Assembly: GCF_036588685.1 (NCBI RefSeq)
Contig: NC_086375.1
Span: 83,266,001 to 83,330,000 of the forward strand
Source of the DNA: Mytilus trossulus
Taxonomy: Eukaryota
Direction: 5' to 3'
Length of the DNA stretch: 64,000 nucleotides
Below, piece after piece: positions 63,777 to 64,000 of this stretch (position 1 is the stretch's first letter; every line of letters begins with the position of its first letter). The position numbers and the translations under genes are program-made. The notes under the pieces were generated by a model. The model did no database searches and was not told the DNA's origin. It was given only the letters and a program-made list of their open reading frames with translations.

Positions 63777-64000
63777 TAGCATGTTAACATAGGATTATTT
63801 TAATATCAATTTTGCTCCTTAAACATATTGCCAAAACTATTCTTACTGATTAACTTTTGACTATTATGTTTTTCATATTAATAGTCAAAAATGCAAACAA
63901 ATGGTAAATATCGTAATTCAAAGGCAATTATTCATGTAACAATCAATTGTCAATTTCAGCAATGTTGACTTATTTGTAGGTCTTGTCTGTTGATCATGTC

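Overview
AT-rich eukaryotic DNA, most likely from a bivalve mollusc (inferred from repeat style and gene content). The right third (40417-63443, minus strand) holds 24 exons of a Fat/protocadherin-like gene that I can splice by hand into one stop-free frame: many cadherin repeats, about 5 EGF repeats, a furin-type RRRKRR site and the start of a transmembrane (TM) segment. The gene's 5' part lies beyond the window. Main observation: the 9.7-kb, 113-copy, 86-bp 'satellite' at 27336-37050 is an amplified intron/exon junction of this gene. Each unit carries a splice acceptor and the rest of the TM helix, in phase with the last unique exon (GLSGAVIGGGI|GGAVVLIITIGIIIVIV*). Three smaller splice-junction duplications occur in the same gene. 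Its introns contain a long-TIR transposon with a decayed C2H2 zinc-finger gene, a domain-permuted BEL/Pao retroelement and MITEs. The left half is nested mobile DNA: Helentron-associated elements (HINEs), TAY..RTA TIR elements, a LINE split by two insertions and a Penelope-like fragment. It also holds a Tyr/Pro-rich terminal exon (7551-8371, minus) and a 3.6-kb near-perfect fold-back duplication ending at a 100-N assembly gap.
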